From: Chrysomallon squamiferum
Lineage: Eukaryota; Animalia; Mollusca
NCBI GenBank assembly: GCA_012295275.1
Contig: CM022672.1
Location: 2,108,001 to 2,172,000 of the forward strand
Reading direction: 5' to 3'
Length of the DNA: 64,000 nt
The notes below the pieces were generated by a model. The model was not told the DNA's origin. It saw nothing but the letters and a program-made list of their open reading frames with translations, and made no database searches. The translations under genes and the position numbers were made by a program. Below, one piece after another: positions 37,058 to 50,790 of the stretch; the stretch's first letter is position 1; each line of letters begins with the position of its first letter.

Positions 37058-39159
37058 CAGTGAAGTTTTGTGTTGTTTCATATTGTTTTTAATTTGTCTT
37101 TTGTGTCATTTATTGCTCTGAATAATCAGTTAGTATATTTAATTTTTTTTTTTTTAATGCCTGATTATTTTTTCTTCATTACTATTTTGCAACAAAATTA
37201 TAAATATGTTGCCTTTATTCTTGGCCTTTTTCATATAAAAATGTCATGATTTGTTACAGAAGAACATCTTTTTTTATAATTTGTATTTTTTTTTACTGTT
37301 TTGTGCAATAACTATGAATTTGTGCCTTTTTGTCCATTTTTCTTTATAACAACATTTATATTAATTTTTTCATTTTCTTTTGTATTTCACTTTTAAGAAA
37401 TCTTTGTTAATTGTATTTTCTGCATAACATTATATTTTTATTGATGTTACTTTCTTTGTTGTTGTTTTTTAGATGACTGATCTCTGCACTTTTTATTAAA
37501 ATATTTTTAGACTTCTATATTTTTATTTAAACATAAGTTTCTTCTTGTTTTGCTGCACTATAATACATTTACTGGACCAGAGATTTCTGAAATCAATGAA
37601 AAAACAAAGCAGAATTTTAAAAACAGTTTAAAAGACAAAAAAAAAAAAAAAAAAATAATAATAAAAAAAAAAAAAAAAAGATTTTTTGAATACAATGAAA
37701 AAAAAAAAAGATTTTTAAAAACAATGAAAAAAACAAAACACATTTTACGTTTACACACTAACTTGTTTGATAAGATTAAAATCTTCCAGTTTTTGTCTTC
37801 TTTTTTTTTTTCTACCATTTTCTTTTTTAAATTATTATTATTATTATTTGTTTTTTTTAGCCTGTCTTTCCTTTCTTCATTTGGTTCTCTTATAATTTAT
37901 AACTCCAGTTATTTCCACTAGTCTATCTTTTGAATGTTTTTCTTTCATACTGATTTATCTGTTTGTTGTTTGGTTCACTGAGTTGATCGTAACTCCATCA
38001 CCTGACAGAGAATTACACACACACAAAATTTCAGCTGCTTAATAGAAGCATGACAGTTTTCACTTGGCTGATGAAGTAACTATGAGCTTAAAAAAATATT
38101 AAAAAACGAAAAAAAACAAGGTTAAGAAGAGAGAGAAAAAAAAAGGTTTTATGGTTTAGTTTTGGATTTAATCAGATTTTAGTACATAAAAGAACACTCT
38201 GGTATTTAGATTATTCAGATTTTTAACAGGCTTTAAGATTTATTTATTTATTTATTTATTAGGTGGTTGGTTTTTTTTGATTGTTGGTTTAATGGTAGTT
38301 TGTAATGGGCAGGGCAATAATGCTTACAGAAGAACATGTAGCTATAATGGAGTTATTGGCTATAATGGCTGTAACAGTAATTTGTAAATCTATTTATAAA
38401 GATATACACTTAAGGAAAGGGGAAAAGAAGAAACAGTCTGTAATTTTACATAATATTATAAGATTTATATATACATATATATATATATATATAAACATAC
38501 ACACACACGTACACACACATACACACATTTTATTTTGTTTTGTCTATGTGTAATGTTTATATTTGTCAGGGTTTTTTCTTTATGCACCTGTGTGTGTACA
38601 GAAATGATTAAATGCTTAACTAATTTAACTGATAGATTTTTTGCCTCTGAGTTTTTCTTTATTAAATCATGTTATTAACTTCTTATATAGATAAATTTAG
38701 TTATGCATGTTAAATTGTACACATATCATTTTGCTGTTCTTAAAGGAACTTATAGAAATTAAATTATAGGCCCAAATGTTTAAAAACGTTCTTAGTTTTT
38801 TATTTGATAGCATTAACAAGCCAAATTTGCAAAACGTTATCCAACATATGATTTAGGACTGTGCTTTAATTTAAATGTTTTTGCAGTTACAGGTAAAATT
38901 AACCAGAAAGTTAAAGACTTGTTTTCATTTGAACACTAATTTAGCAATAAGTACAAAACAATTTAAGAAAAAAAGAAGATGAAAAACAACCCCTATCACC
39001 TGGAGTTAAAGTTATGTAATCAGCTAGATTAAGTATAGATTTTATTAAACTGGACCCTGGTCTTTTTAAATTAAAAAACTGATAGCTCATTATCATAACA
39101 AACTGACTTTGATACATAGCAGCTTTAACTGCTCAAATATTAGTATCAAATGAAGTTGT

Positions 39160-39275
39160 CTGTGTTACCCACTGGGAAGGTAAACACAAAAGAATTCTCA
39201 CTGCTAATTGATAACAGGAACTCACTGGTTGTCCCTGACAGGTTTCCTCTCTAGTATAATCATGTTTCAGTGCAT
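39160..39275 (+). mobile_element. SINE family A body fragment
   Basis: AAAAGAATTCTCACTGCTAATTGAT...AGGTTTCCTCTCT. Confidence 0.5.
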
Positions 39276-39321
39276 CACTAATCATTAATCACTTATTCAT
39301 GTGAAAATGCATGAGAGGAAT

Positions 39322-39625
39322 AGTGATGTGGGTCATGGGATCATCATCTGGGTGTCAAATTGGCTATGTCATATCTCAGCCAGTGCCCCGTGACAATTGT
39401 CTGAAAGCTCATGGCATTGTCTTTCCTGTGCACTAAAACATCCCTAGCTGTGCACTAAAACATCCCTAGCTGTGCACTAAAACATCCCTTGCTGCTAACA
39501 GGAGCCTGTAATGTGAATGCTGTGAGTTCCTCTCTTCTTACTCTATTATCATCTAATCATTATGTATGATAGAATATAACTGTAGATTTAAATATGAGGA
39601 CAGTGTCATCAAAAACACCCAAAAC
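39322..39625 (+). mobile_element. SINE family A relic with internal 22-bp triplication (39426-39491)
   Basis: GGGTCATGGGATC...CAGCCAGTGCCCCGTGAC (reverse of the 45059 motif); CTGTGCACTAAAACATCCCTAG x3; TTGCTGCTAA. Confidence 0.65.
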
Positions 39626-40397
39626 CCAGCATTTCTTAATTTCTTCTGTTTAACTGCATTAAGACTATAATATTAATATTCTGTTTAATACTTTTTAAAC
39701 AGAGCTTTGTTCTTACATTTTTACCAATTATCAAAATAGGAAGCAAAGAAAAAAAAAAAAAAAAGAAAAAAAGAAAGAAAGAAAGAAAAAAGAAATATTC
39801 AGTGAATGAAGAAATATATGCTGAAGAATTAATTGTGTCTGAGTGTATGATCTTTTTGTTTCTTTTTATTTCAATTACAGTGAAATAAGATTCAGATCTT
39901 CAGTATTCTACCTTTTCTTTTTTTTTCATTTCAAAGTCTTTAATTTTCTATTTTATTTTTTTTATATATATCTAAATGACATGCAGTGACTGGCTGTCTT
40001 CAGATGCTCTAACAAACCTGACAGTAAAATAGTGCTGGGAGTCATTTGGGGCTCCATTTTGGTTAACTCTGGTAATGAATACTTTGAAATGTGAGTCTCT
40101 GGTGTCTACACCTTTCAGTTACCACGTACAAGCTGATTTAATTATTTCAACTTACAGATTAATCTGCACTTCACATTTTGCTGTGTCCTCATTCGTGTTT
40201 TATTTTGACTAATTGCTAGGAATTGTTGATTATCCATTTTTCCACCCATGCATCAATTCATCCATTATGTTTGTTTGTTGTTGTTGTTTTTTTGTCTTCC
40301 TTTCTGTTGATGTATTTATCAATCTGTTTCTGTTTGTTTATTGAATAAAATATTAAGCAATTAACTGTTGGACTCTAACTCTCATCTGTCTGTGTAG

Positions 40398-41310
40398 CTA
40401 TACATCCATTCACCCACCTGACTGTCTATCTATACATCCATTCACCCACCTGACTGTCTATATATACATCCATTCACCCACCTGTCTGTCTATACATCCA
40501 TTCACCCACCTGTCTGTCTATCTATACATCCATTCACCCACCTGTCTGTCTATCTATACATCCATTCACCCACCTGACTGTCTATCTATGCATCCATTCA
40601 CCCACCTGTCTGTCTATCTATACATCCATTCACCCACCTGTCTGTCTATCTATACATCCATTCACCCACGTAACTGTCTATCTATACATCCATTCACCCT
40701 GTCTGTCTATCTATACATCCATTCACCCACCTGACTGTCTATCTATACATCCATTCACCCATCTGACTGTCTATATATACATCCATTCACCCACCTGTCT
40801 GTCTATCTATACATCCATTCACCCACCTGTCTGTCTATCTATACATCCATTCACCCACCTGTCTGTCTATCTATACATCCATTCACCCACCTGTCTGTCT
40901 ATCTATACAATCCATTCACCCACCTGACTGTCTATCTATACATCCATTCACCCACCTGTCTGTCTATCTATACATCCATTCACCCACGTAACTGTCTATC
41001 TATACATCCATTCACCCACGTAACTGTCTATCTATACATCCATTGACCCACGTAACTGTCTATCTATACATCCATTCACCCACGTAACTATCTATACATC
41101 CATTCACCCACGTAACTGTCTATCTATACATCCATTCACCCACCTGTCGGTCTATCTATACATCCATTCACCCACCTGTCTGTCTATCTATACATCCATT
41201 CACCCACGTAACTATCTATACATCCATTCACCCACGTAACTGTCTATCTATACATCCATTCACCCACCTGTCGGTCTATCTATACATCCATTCACCCATC
41301 TGACTGTCAA
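40398..41310. repeat. 32-bp minisatellite built from tetramer variants (ATACATCCATTCACCCACCTGTCTGTCTATCT), ~29 copies
   Basis: Direct reading; some 28-bp deletion units. Confidence 0.97.
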
Positions 41311-41981
41311 TCTCTGCCTATCTATCTTCCTGCTACTCACCTACCGTTCTGTTTATTGATAAATTCCTCCATCTACTTGTTACATCTATGTGTGTCTTCG
41401 TGTCCTTAATGTTAAAAATAATTACAATAACAAAAACAAAAACTGTTTAAATAGTCCGTATCCTGTATGCAGCATTTTAATTAAAAAAAAAAAAAGAAAA
41501 AAAAAAAAAAAAAAAGTCGTTAATTTGCTGTAATGGCTCATATTATTAATTTATCTAATTAACACATATCTTTACTAAATTAAATTTTTCAAAGTCAATT
41601 CATCAAAAAAAAAAGCCATTTATTTATAATTGCAGCAAAGATTATCATTTCATTTTTTTTCTTAAATCATCTAAATATCTTTTTGAAATTATATTTTCAG
41701 TATAAACTGGATAGTAAATGGTAAAAAGAAAATGAACTGACATAAGCAATTTATTTATGATGTCAGACATTATGTCTTAAAAGATATATGGTTTTTCTTC
41801 ATTTAGGATTAGTCGAGAAGTTTGACACACATTATTAAATCTTCATGATATGACTTTTGTTGTTATCCAGCCATCATTGTAGGTAATGGCAAGATGTGAT
41901 GTGTAGATAAATTTCTATATTTATGGGCACTGACCAAAATTACATCTTCCTGGATGAAAACTATGTTTACTTCATTATTTG

Positions 41982-42026
<45 letters not shown>

Positions 42027-42779
42027 CAAAGTTATTTCTTTAGTATTTAATTGCTGTTTTAGATCTTAAAACAGCATTTAAAAATAACAAATAAATTGTT
42101 TTTATTTAAGAACTAATTTTGTCTTGAAGTGTAAATTTTTGTGGGCTAAAATGATATCAGTACCTTTGCAGGATAAAGTTGGCATTGTCAGACAGTATCC
42201 AGGTATTCAATATACCTATATAACTGTATAACCACACACACACAAAAAAAAACAAAAAAAAAAAACGTCATTACTTTTACATAACGATGTTAAAATATGA
42301 ATGTTTCTGAAACCACAAAACTGTGAAAGAAATATTGGTCCATAAAAACGAAGCTGGAATTTGCCCAGGCAATAAACTGCCGCTTTAGAAAGAGTGAATT
42401 ATTTAGCTTTCAGATGATCCACGATCTTGCTGTATTATATTTACTTTGTGAAATATAATTGATTGCTGCATTGAACCGTAGGAGATTATAACTGTAAATG
42501 ACAGAGTTGTGTGAGAAAAACATTAATTATTTCCATCTGTATTTCAAACGTTTTGTGATAACTTTGTAACAGGCTTTCAGAATGAAATTAATGTTCTGTT
42601 GTTTATCAATGATTTTTTAAATTTTTTAACATGTATAGATACATATGAAATTATCTCAGTGCTTAAATATGTTGTCATTTATGTGTGTTGTGATTGGTAT
42701 CTTTCTCCAGATAAACCGATATCAATATCGTATTATACTATATTTTATAATGTTATTAATTATCGTGATTTTATTCAAC

Positions 42780-43185
42780 AGAAAGAGAGATATACTGTCA
42801 TCGATATAGCATTTAAACACAATCAGTTATGTGAGAACAAGAACACATGTACTATTTTTATTTGATATGGCTTTTTTTTTTCAGCAGCAACACACATATT
42901 TTCAAAGTATTTATATGCTATTATTTATATTTATTTTTTCAACAGAAAGTCAGATATATTATTATCTGTATAGTACTTAATTTTTGAGTAATGATTTTTC
43001 TTCAGCTGTAAAAGATATACTATTATCTAAATAGTACTTTTATCATTTATGTATGATTATTTTCAACATTATTAACTATACTGTTATCTATACAGTACTT
43101 ATATGCTATTATTTTCTTTAATTTTAATTTTGTTTTTATTCAGCAGGAAAAGATATACTTTATTTATTTTACATGATACTTAAAC
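42780..43185. repeat. Degenerate ~60-80-bp tandem repeat (AGATATACTGTTATCTA..TAGTACTT)
   Basis: Motif recurs about 5-6 times. Confidence 0.55.
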
Positions 43186-43201
43186 CTTTACTTTAAAACC
43201 G

Positions 43202-43339
43202 TTCTTGACCTGTGAATCACCTCCAGTGAGTTCTGACTGATGACAAATAAACAGCTTTTCAAGATGAGATTACCAAATTTCCATGGAGTCTTAATAAATT
43301 ACCTGTTTTGTTGTCTTACTGAAAGCTTTTACTATAATT
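43202..43339. repeat. Dispersed 138-bp element, copy 2
   Basis: Ungapped alignment to 33873-34010 (offset 9329); identical core at 43258-43302. Confidence 0.9.
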
Positions 43340-43424
43340 GCCTTATGTGTTACGCAACTCGAAATGAGTGAACATTTGTCTTAATATGCAATTTGAACTG
43401 AATAAGAACTAAGTAAATAAATGA

Positions 43425-43485
43425 TGGCTGGGACATGAAATAGTCAAGTGATTACCTTAAGTGGGATCGATCTTGTGGCCCTTCA
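43425..43485 (-). mobile_element. SINE family A fragment
   Basis: TGGCTGGGACATGAAATAG...GGGATCGATC (reverse of a B-box-like region). Confidence 0.45.
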
Positions 43486-44486
43486 AAGCTTTAGGTTTTG
43501 CACTCTTGAGTACAAACTTCAAAAAAACCCTTCTAAATGATCAGAGTGAACAACTTAGCTCTGTGTGTTGATAACTGTTAACACAATTACACGGAATTAC
43601 AGGGAATGATTCATGCACGTTTGTCAAGGACAAAACATTTATCTCAATAAAATCAGGAGCAGTTTAAGAGATAATCTTTTTACAATTTTGTCAAAAAAAC
43701 AACAAAAAAAACAGCATCTTTATTATCAAGCACAATACAGCATGTGCACTTTTCTTCCATTTACTTTTTTATTTATTTCTTTTTCTTGTCTTTTTTTCTT
43801 TTTTTTTTTTTTTATGGTTTTCTCTGGTTTTTATAACTGTTGTCAAATCAGTCTGGTAGTACAGACTATAATTTGTTTTCTCAGCATTTGAAGATTTGTA
43901 GATTTTCTTTTTCATGAATATTCATCATTTTTATTGTCACTCTTAAGCTGATGCATTGGAATATTGCATGAATGAAGCTCTTGTGTGTTCTCAAATAAAA
44001 ATTGTTCGTCAGTGGTTAAGCACAGATTTTGTCTTGATTAGTCTTGTTGCGTAACAGTCTTCAGGAATTCATATCTCTTATCTCCCTGTGGACTCTTATA
44101 AAAACAATCATTTTCATATTCATTATCATTTGTTAACATCCAAGTGTTTGTAAAAAATGGTGTAATGCCTGTGAAATGTTTAAAGAAACGTGTCTGATGC
44201 CATTAAAAAAACACAAAAAAAACCCACAACTTCTCTGACATTAATATATATGATTTTTTAAAATTAAGAATCAAATTCTTCTACATATTCCTCAAGGAAG
44301 GTTTGTTTTAAGTAATTCATGCAAAGGAAAAATAATGTGTCTGAATGAAATACTGGGATTACACAATGACAAATATAAAGTGTAATTTAGATTTATGACT
44401 TTAAGTTTAGAATTAGGAATAATATTTATATGTGTAAAATAAATGAGCTAATTAAAGGTAAAATATAAAAACTGCTCTGTACTGAC

Positions 44487-44579
44487 CTGAATATTGACTG
44501 GTCATTAGATCATTCCTTGCAGAAATGCTCATATCAAAGGTCATTGTAAATGCTTTCTTGCCCACTAATGGGAAGGCAC
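44487..44579 (-). CDS. Candidate symmetric internal exon (93 nt, phase 1 to 1), AFPLVGKKAFTMTFDMSISARNDLMTSQYS; protein not recognised
   Basis: Acceptor TGAATTATTTTACAG|G, donor CAG|GTCAGT; length divisible by 3; only one frame open. Confidence 0.3.
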
Positions 44580-45049
44580 CTGTAAAATAATTCAGTGCTG
44601 CTACTCATTCAATTTTTCCTTCTATCACTTCATCATTACCTTTAGGTATTGGCTACATAAAAATAAAATTAATATTAATCATGCTCTGTGACTGATTTTT
44701 CAAAGGCTGCAGTAGCTATTTCTTGTTTATGAGATGGTTTATGCAAAAAGATCATTCCTGCTAATTGAAAAAGAATCGACTGCTGTTTGACAGTAATGGG
44801 ATTTCTCTCAGCCTATCTCTTTAGTGCTTTTATATATGTGATGTTGTGTTATCACAAACATAGAAATCATCCTAATGAGTATGTCATTAAATAAAATACT
44901 TCTACCTTTGAAAAAGAGTATATCTTCAAAACTGAAGATAATAATAATGATAATAATAACAATAATAATAACAATTTTAAAAAGACACCCACCTCTGTTA
45001 CAGCATAGGCAATTCATATAAGCAGAAAACTATTTACTACTGCATGAAT

Positions 45050-45120
45050 TTTGTTAAACCAGTCACAGGGCACTGGCTGGAATGTGAAAATGACCTTTTG
45101 GCTACACTGAGGAGAATAGA
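45050..45120 (-). mobile_element. SINE family A fragment
   Basis: CCAGTCACAGGGCACTGGCTGGAATGTGAAAAT is the reverse complement of the CAGCCAGTGCCCCGTGAC motif at ~39377. Confidence 0.6.
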
Positions 45121-45596
45121 GACATTACCAGTTTTAATCTCTGAAATATATTTAAATAATAATGATAATTATAATAATGACAATAATAATGATGATGATG
45201 ATGATGATAAAAAATAGAAGAATTCCTATCAGTCGGTATTACATTATACTATAACATTAGTTTGTAACAAAACTGAATCAGGTTATGAAAACAATTTGAA
45301 AATTCTCTAATCCTGTAGTACTGCTGACAATTTATACAATATTAAAAAGGACTAATGCTTTTCATTAATGTAATATTGGATTTGGTGAAATAATTGGCAG
45401 CTAAACAGAAAGAAGGATGGCAAACATCCAGAAGCATTGACAACTTGGTACATTTTAATGCTAATTGCTATTAGGATGTCTAGATATCTAGTTGTTTTTT
45501 TTGTTTTTGTTTTTTTGAAAAACGGTGTTCTGAAACTCACTGCCATAACTACTCTTGCTGATTAATAATGAGGGATATTTTATACACATATCTTAC

Positions 45597-45602
45597 CAGC
45601 AC
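45597..45602 (-). CDS. Candidate 6-nt microexon GTGCTG
   Basis: Minus strand: TTGCTGACTGTTGTGATATGTTCTTTCCAG|GTGCTG|GTAAGA; CTGAC branch-point motif; ~58-nt AG-free zone. Confidence 0.4.
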
Positions 45603-46267
45603 CTGGAAAGAACATATCACAACAGTCAGCAACAAATACATGATTTAAACCAAAACAAAAAACTGCTGTTTCAGAGACTGCAGTATTTGAATTGGCATTT
45701 ACAGACGTGTGTTGAAACAAGAAAACACACAGTGGCTGAACTGAAGAGAGTTGATCCTGTTACCGGTCACACCTCTGGACAATGACCACTGCATTATGGC
45801 CTGATGAATCATCGAGAATGGACAAGAAAATCATCGAAATCGGGGTTGGAAAAGGGAAAATTCAGAAACCCAGATAATTTAGGTTCTTAGCAATACCATA
45901 TTTGCTAAATAATATCTATGATTTTTTTGAATTAAGAAAATTCAGAAAATCATTCTTTTTTTTTTCTTTTTTTTTAAATGATGTATAGTAACCAACCAAT
46001 AATGATGAATGATAATTTTGTTTCTTAGCAATACCATATTTACTGAAAATACCTTAACATGTATTTGTAATAAACACAGAAAGAAAATCAGTGACATGCG
46101 GGTTATTCTTGTGGCAAATTGTTAACCTAACCGATAACCCTACATGCAATCTAATTTTGACATCTGAATACCAATTATATAGAAACTGCCCTGTTCTTCA
46201 ATTGAAACTAACACACATCGTTAGCTAGATCATTATTTGTCAATAGAAAATGTTTTTGTAATGGAAT

Positions 46268-46270
<3 letters not shown>

Positions 46271-46339
<69 letters not shown>
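46271..46339. repeat. (GA)n microsatellite
   Basis: Direct reading. Confidence 0.95.
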
Positions 46340-46341
<2 letters not shown>

Positions 46342-48179
46342 AACTAGAGACAAAGACAAACTGAAAGAAAGAGAGGTTCTGCCAGCGTGGATGAAGTACA
46401 TATAAAAGCAAAACAAATATTGATCCAAGCTGTTGCTGTGTTTGTTCATCCATAAAATTATTCTGCAGTTTAAGTGAATTAGAAAAATAACACAATTGTT
46501 GTTTAAAAGTAATGATTCAGTGGTATATATCCATATCCTTTGTTGATTTATAGATTAATCAATTAATTACTGCATAGCTGCAATCAAGATTAAAACTCTA
46601 ATTAATGCAATTAATTGTGTTTCCATTCTCTTTATATTTATGGTCTTATATGCAAGCCTTATGTTATTAAGCCACATAGTTGAATACTGTGACATATTTA
46701 TACACAAAAATGTGTTGAGGTCATCACTGAATACAGTTTCTTCTCTCCTTCCTTGATTTTTTTTTCCTTGTTTCCTTCCCACTTTTCATCATCTATGTGA
46801 ATTATATTGATACGAAAGTTTAGAAAATGCAGCTGAGAAAATTAGTTTTATGTGAATTTCAGAGCTCAATGATTTTCAAATCGTGCAGTTCACACATTCT
46901 CACCAAAGCCAATTTTAAAGATTTTTTTTTTTTTTAAATTTGTATTAGTGGAAATGAGAAGTTTGCAGTTGTACAAATAACACTGATTGCATTGGCACAC
47001 CTACAAGAGCAGATAACTCAAGCATGCATTTGAATCATTAGTATAATTTTTGAAGCACTTTGTTTTTTGTGCTTTAAATTTTTATGAAGTACACAGTAAA
47101 TTATTGATGAACCATTTCTCTTTTTACATTTTACTTTCTTTCTTTCATTTCACGTTATTCTTTCTTTTATATCGTGTTCTTTTTTCTTTTTCTTTCAACA
47201 TAAATCTTTTTGTTGTTTTTTATCCTTCCTTCCTTCCTCTTGTTTCTTTTTTCTTCCTTCAGGTCCTTCTTCCTTTGTTTCCTCATATTTAACTCTTTTT
47301 TTTTGGTTTTATTTTTTCTCTTCTTTTTTTCTGCTTTCTTCACTTTTCCTTCCTTCCTTCCTCTTTTTCTTTCCTTTTTTTTTTTCATTCTTGCTTCCAT
47401 TTTAAAAATTGTTTCCTGTTGTCTCTTCTTCATTCATTTCTTTTTAATTTTAACCTAATTAACATTTCAAATCCTTCATTAAATTGCCTTAAAAGGCAAG
47501 CAACAAACAAAAACATATATTTAATTTCTTTTTTTTTAACGTCAGTTAATCAAAATATTTTCATTTGTGCACACTAAGGATTAACTGCAAACTTTATTAC
47601 AGATGGGTTCTTGACAAACAAACAGAGTGTGACCTGCAGTTTAATTTGGAGCTAATGTTAGACAATCTTTGCTTAAATAAAATGAGCTAGGTTTACCAGA
47701 ACTAGAACGTTACTTTGATTTCAATAATATCATCAGATTTTCTCAGAAATGAAAGCCAGTCATATGTGGAAAGAAGGGATTTTCAAGTCTCAGTATTTGT
47801 TCTGTTAAAGCAACATTTCTTTTTAGTATACAACTCTGAGTGTGTTTATAAACACAGACATTTTTCCTGTGATAGTAAAAGTTGAATCATGTATACAGAT
47901 ATACCAGTGGATCACTCAGTAAAGCATAAACTCACATCAGGTGTTTGATGTTATGCAGATAAATCAACAAGTATGACAGTATAATAGATTTCTGTATCGA
48001 ATAAAATGGAGTTCAAAAGGCTTACAATAGACAAAGAAGTTTAATATTACAGTAGAAGATTACACACACTGAACTTAACGATATACAAGTATTGCATTGT
48101 TTTATTTTTTCCATATGTATTTTAATATATATGTATATATATATATGAATGAGTTTTGAACAATACTTCAGTAAAGTAG

Positions 48180-48500
48180 AGCTCAGTCATATCAAGGTTA
48201 TTCGATGTATCACGTTTAAAACAGATAACATGTAGTTCAAAATTTTTCATTGTATCAACATTTAGAACAGATATATTGCTGTTTGCTATTCAACGTTTAA
48301 CTTAGATATCACACTGTTCAGTATTGTCCACTTTATCAGTATTTAACATAGATAACATATTGCTCTGAATAATTCTGTATCAACAGTTAACGGATATATA
48401 TTGTTCAGTCACATTCGCTGTTTCAACATTTAACATATACACACTGTTAGTCACATTCATTATATCAACATTTAACAGACATACTGTTCAGTCCTATTCA

Positions 48501-48538
<38 letters not shown>

Positions 48539-48770
48539 CAGTCCTATTCAGTATATCAACATTTAACATTGATAAATTGTTTAGTCCTATTCACAATATC
48601 AACATTTAATATATATATATATATATATATATACTGTTTAGTCCTATTCAGTATATCAATGTTTAACATGGAAATCACATTACTCAGTGGCATCCATTGC
48701 TTATTGTTTAGGAGTAGCATTTACTCTACACATGTTTGTGTAATGAACACTTAACACAGATATCAGTGGC
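48180..48770. repeat. Degenerate ~40-bp minisatellite (TGTTCAGTCCTATTCAGTATATCAACATTTAACA) with (TA)n insertions
   Basis: TCAACATTTAACA-like motif recurs more than 10 times. Confidence 0.75.
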
Positions 48771-50488
48771 ATTTAATGTTTATTATTTCAGATTATCTCT
48801 TACTGTATACTTGTTTAGATAATCAACATTTAAGACAGGAATCATGTAATTTGCTCTATCTGACATCTACCACACTGGCCTGTGCCAGCAAACTGTCATT
48901 GAGCTAACAGGTGAGTGGGATGCTTGGTTTTGTGTTACAGGCCAACTGCCCACCCATCACAGGAATTAGACAAGAGATACCTGACAGTGTCAGCATGGTG
49001 CCCAGACCGGACGAAGGTTAAATCATTCTGAATGGTTGCAATCATTTTTAATGGGACTTCAGATTTAATTAGAGAAAGAGATTTAATCAGAGACTGGCAG
49101 TGTTGATACTGACATCAGAATGTCTCTACATGTGATATAAAATCAAGTTATTTTTGAAGGGTTTCTGCATTCATTTTCAGATGTATTGCTAAAAATTAAA
49201 GAAATAAAAATTATAATAATAATAATAATTGTTGTTTCAGTTTTTTGAATACATTTTTTGTGTAGGTAATGTTCAAAATTCAGTTTTAATGGTATCACTG
49301 GGAAAAAACCTGTCTACTTATAAAAGGAATTTAAAAGATGAAAATGTCTGTCTTTTATGTGCTGCAGTTTTAGTTAGGTTTCAAATACATCCTAAATGTG
49401 GCACTAAATCAAATTTTATTTTCAGTAATGCCATAACAAAATATCTCTTGTGTTAGCTTGTGTGTTGAATTCCAAGCTGTAAATGTCTGTGCAGATAATG
49501 ATTATGGTTCTAAGATCAGATTTTAAGACTTTCACTAAATGATTCTATCTTATTTTAACTTTTGCTCTTGATTTCATTAATGATATAAACGTCTACACCA
49601 TTCTTGTCAGTAGAGAACTATTAATGTGTCAAAGAATAAGATTAAACACATAATATAAAAAGTCCAAGGTATTCCATGTTGTTTTAACTTCTGCATTTCA
49701 TTACAGTTCCTTTTAGTGCAGTACTTGTTAATGGATCAAACAAATTTTAAAAAGGACATCAAATGATCAATATGGTAAAAAGTTAAGTTTTAGAAAAAAC
49801 ATTTAAAAATTCAGTTATTTTAAATTCAGCCCTTGATTTCATTAGAGCTGCAAAACTTTCTACCCAATTCCTGTAAGAAGAGCACTTTCACCAGAATTCG
49901 TTTTCATTACAAAAACACCAAAACCTTATCGTTCAATGACTCCTCCAGACACAATAAAGAATTTGTTAATGTGAATATATAACTCTCATATTAACATTCT
50001 GTTTTCAAGAATATTAACAGCAGCAAAGATAACTGGTTATCTCTTGCTCAAGATACTGTTACTTGCATCATCTTTCAGTACAACACTATGAATGTTCTGT
50101 AAAGTCTAAAAATATTTTACAATTCCTTTTCAACAGTATCATTAGGAAAGAAATTCAGCTAAGCCTGTTGTTTTAACCTAATATATAGAATTTATTTAAG
50201 ATATGGACTGTCTACATGCCTATCATTCTGCCATGCCACTGAAAAAAGATATGTTGTAATGATTTGATGGTGATATTTATTTCAAGGTTATCAGTAAAAA
50301 AACAAAAAATATTTTTGATTTAACAGGTGATGAAGATTTACTTAGGTATTTTCATTTCAGTATGATTGTAGTTAATGAATCATACAAAATGTGTTACAGA
50401 GCTAAATGTTTTTATATTTCTTTTTGTGATTGTCTAGATTTCAAAAAAGGTTTGAAAAAAACAGATAAAATAAAAAAGGTGTGTATAA

Positions 50489-50730
50489 ACACACATATAT
50501 TCACAAACACACACACACACATTAAAATACAGTGCACACAGACAAACACAAAATACAACATACATACATACATGTGCCTACACTTGCAGACAGATACACA
50601 CAAACATCTATATACATTATGCACACACATACATTTATATATATACTGACAGATGTGCAAACACACACACACACCTACATACCTACATTATGCACACGTA
50701 TATTTATAAATACATACACAGAGGTGTGTG

Positions 50731-50761
<31 letters not shown>

Positions 50762-50790
50762 ATACATAAACTTGTACACCACACACTATG
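50489..50790. repeat. Degenerate (CA)/(TACA) tract
   Basis: Direct reading. Confidence 0.8.

Noticed and set aside
43237-43322. C/D box snoRNA (TGATGA...CTGA) in copy 2 of the 138-bp element
   Set aside because: Both boxes are mutated in copy 1 while the centre is identical; no terminal stem
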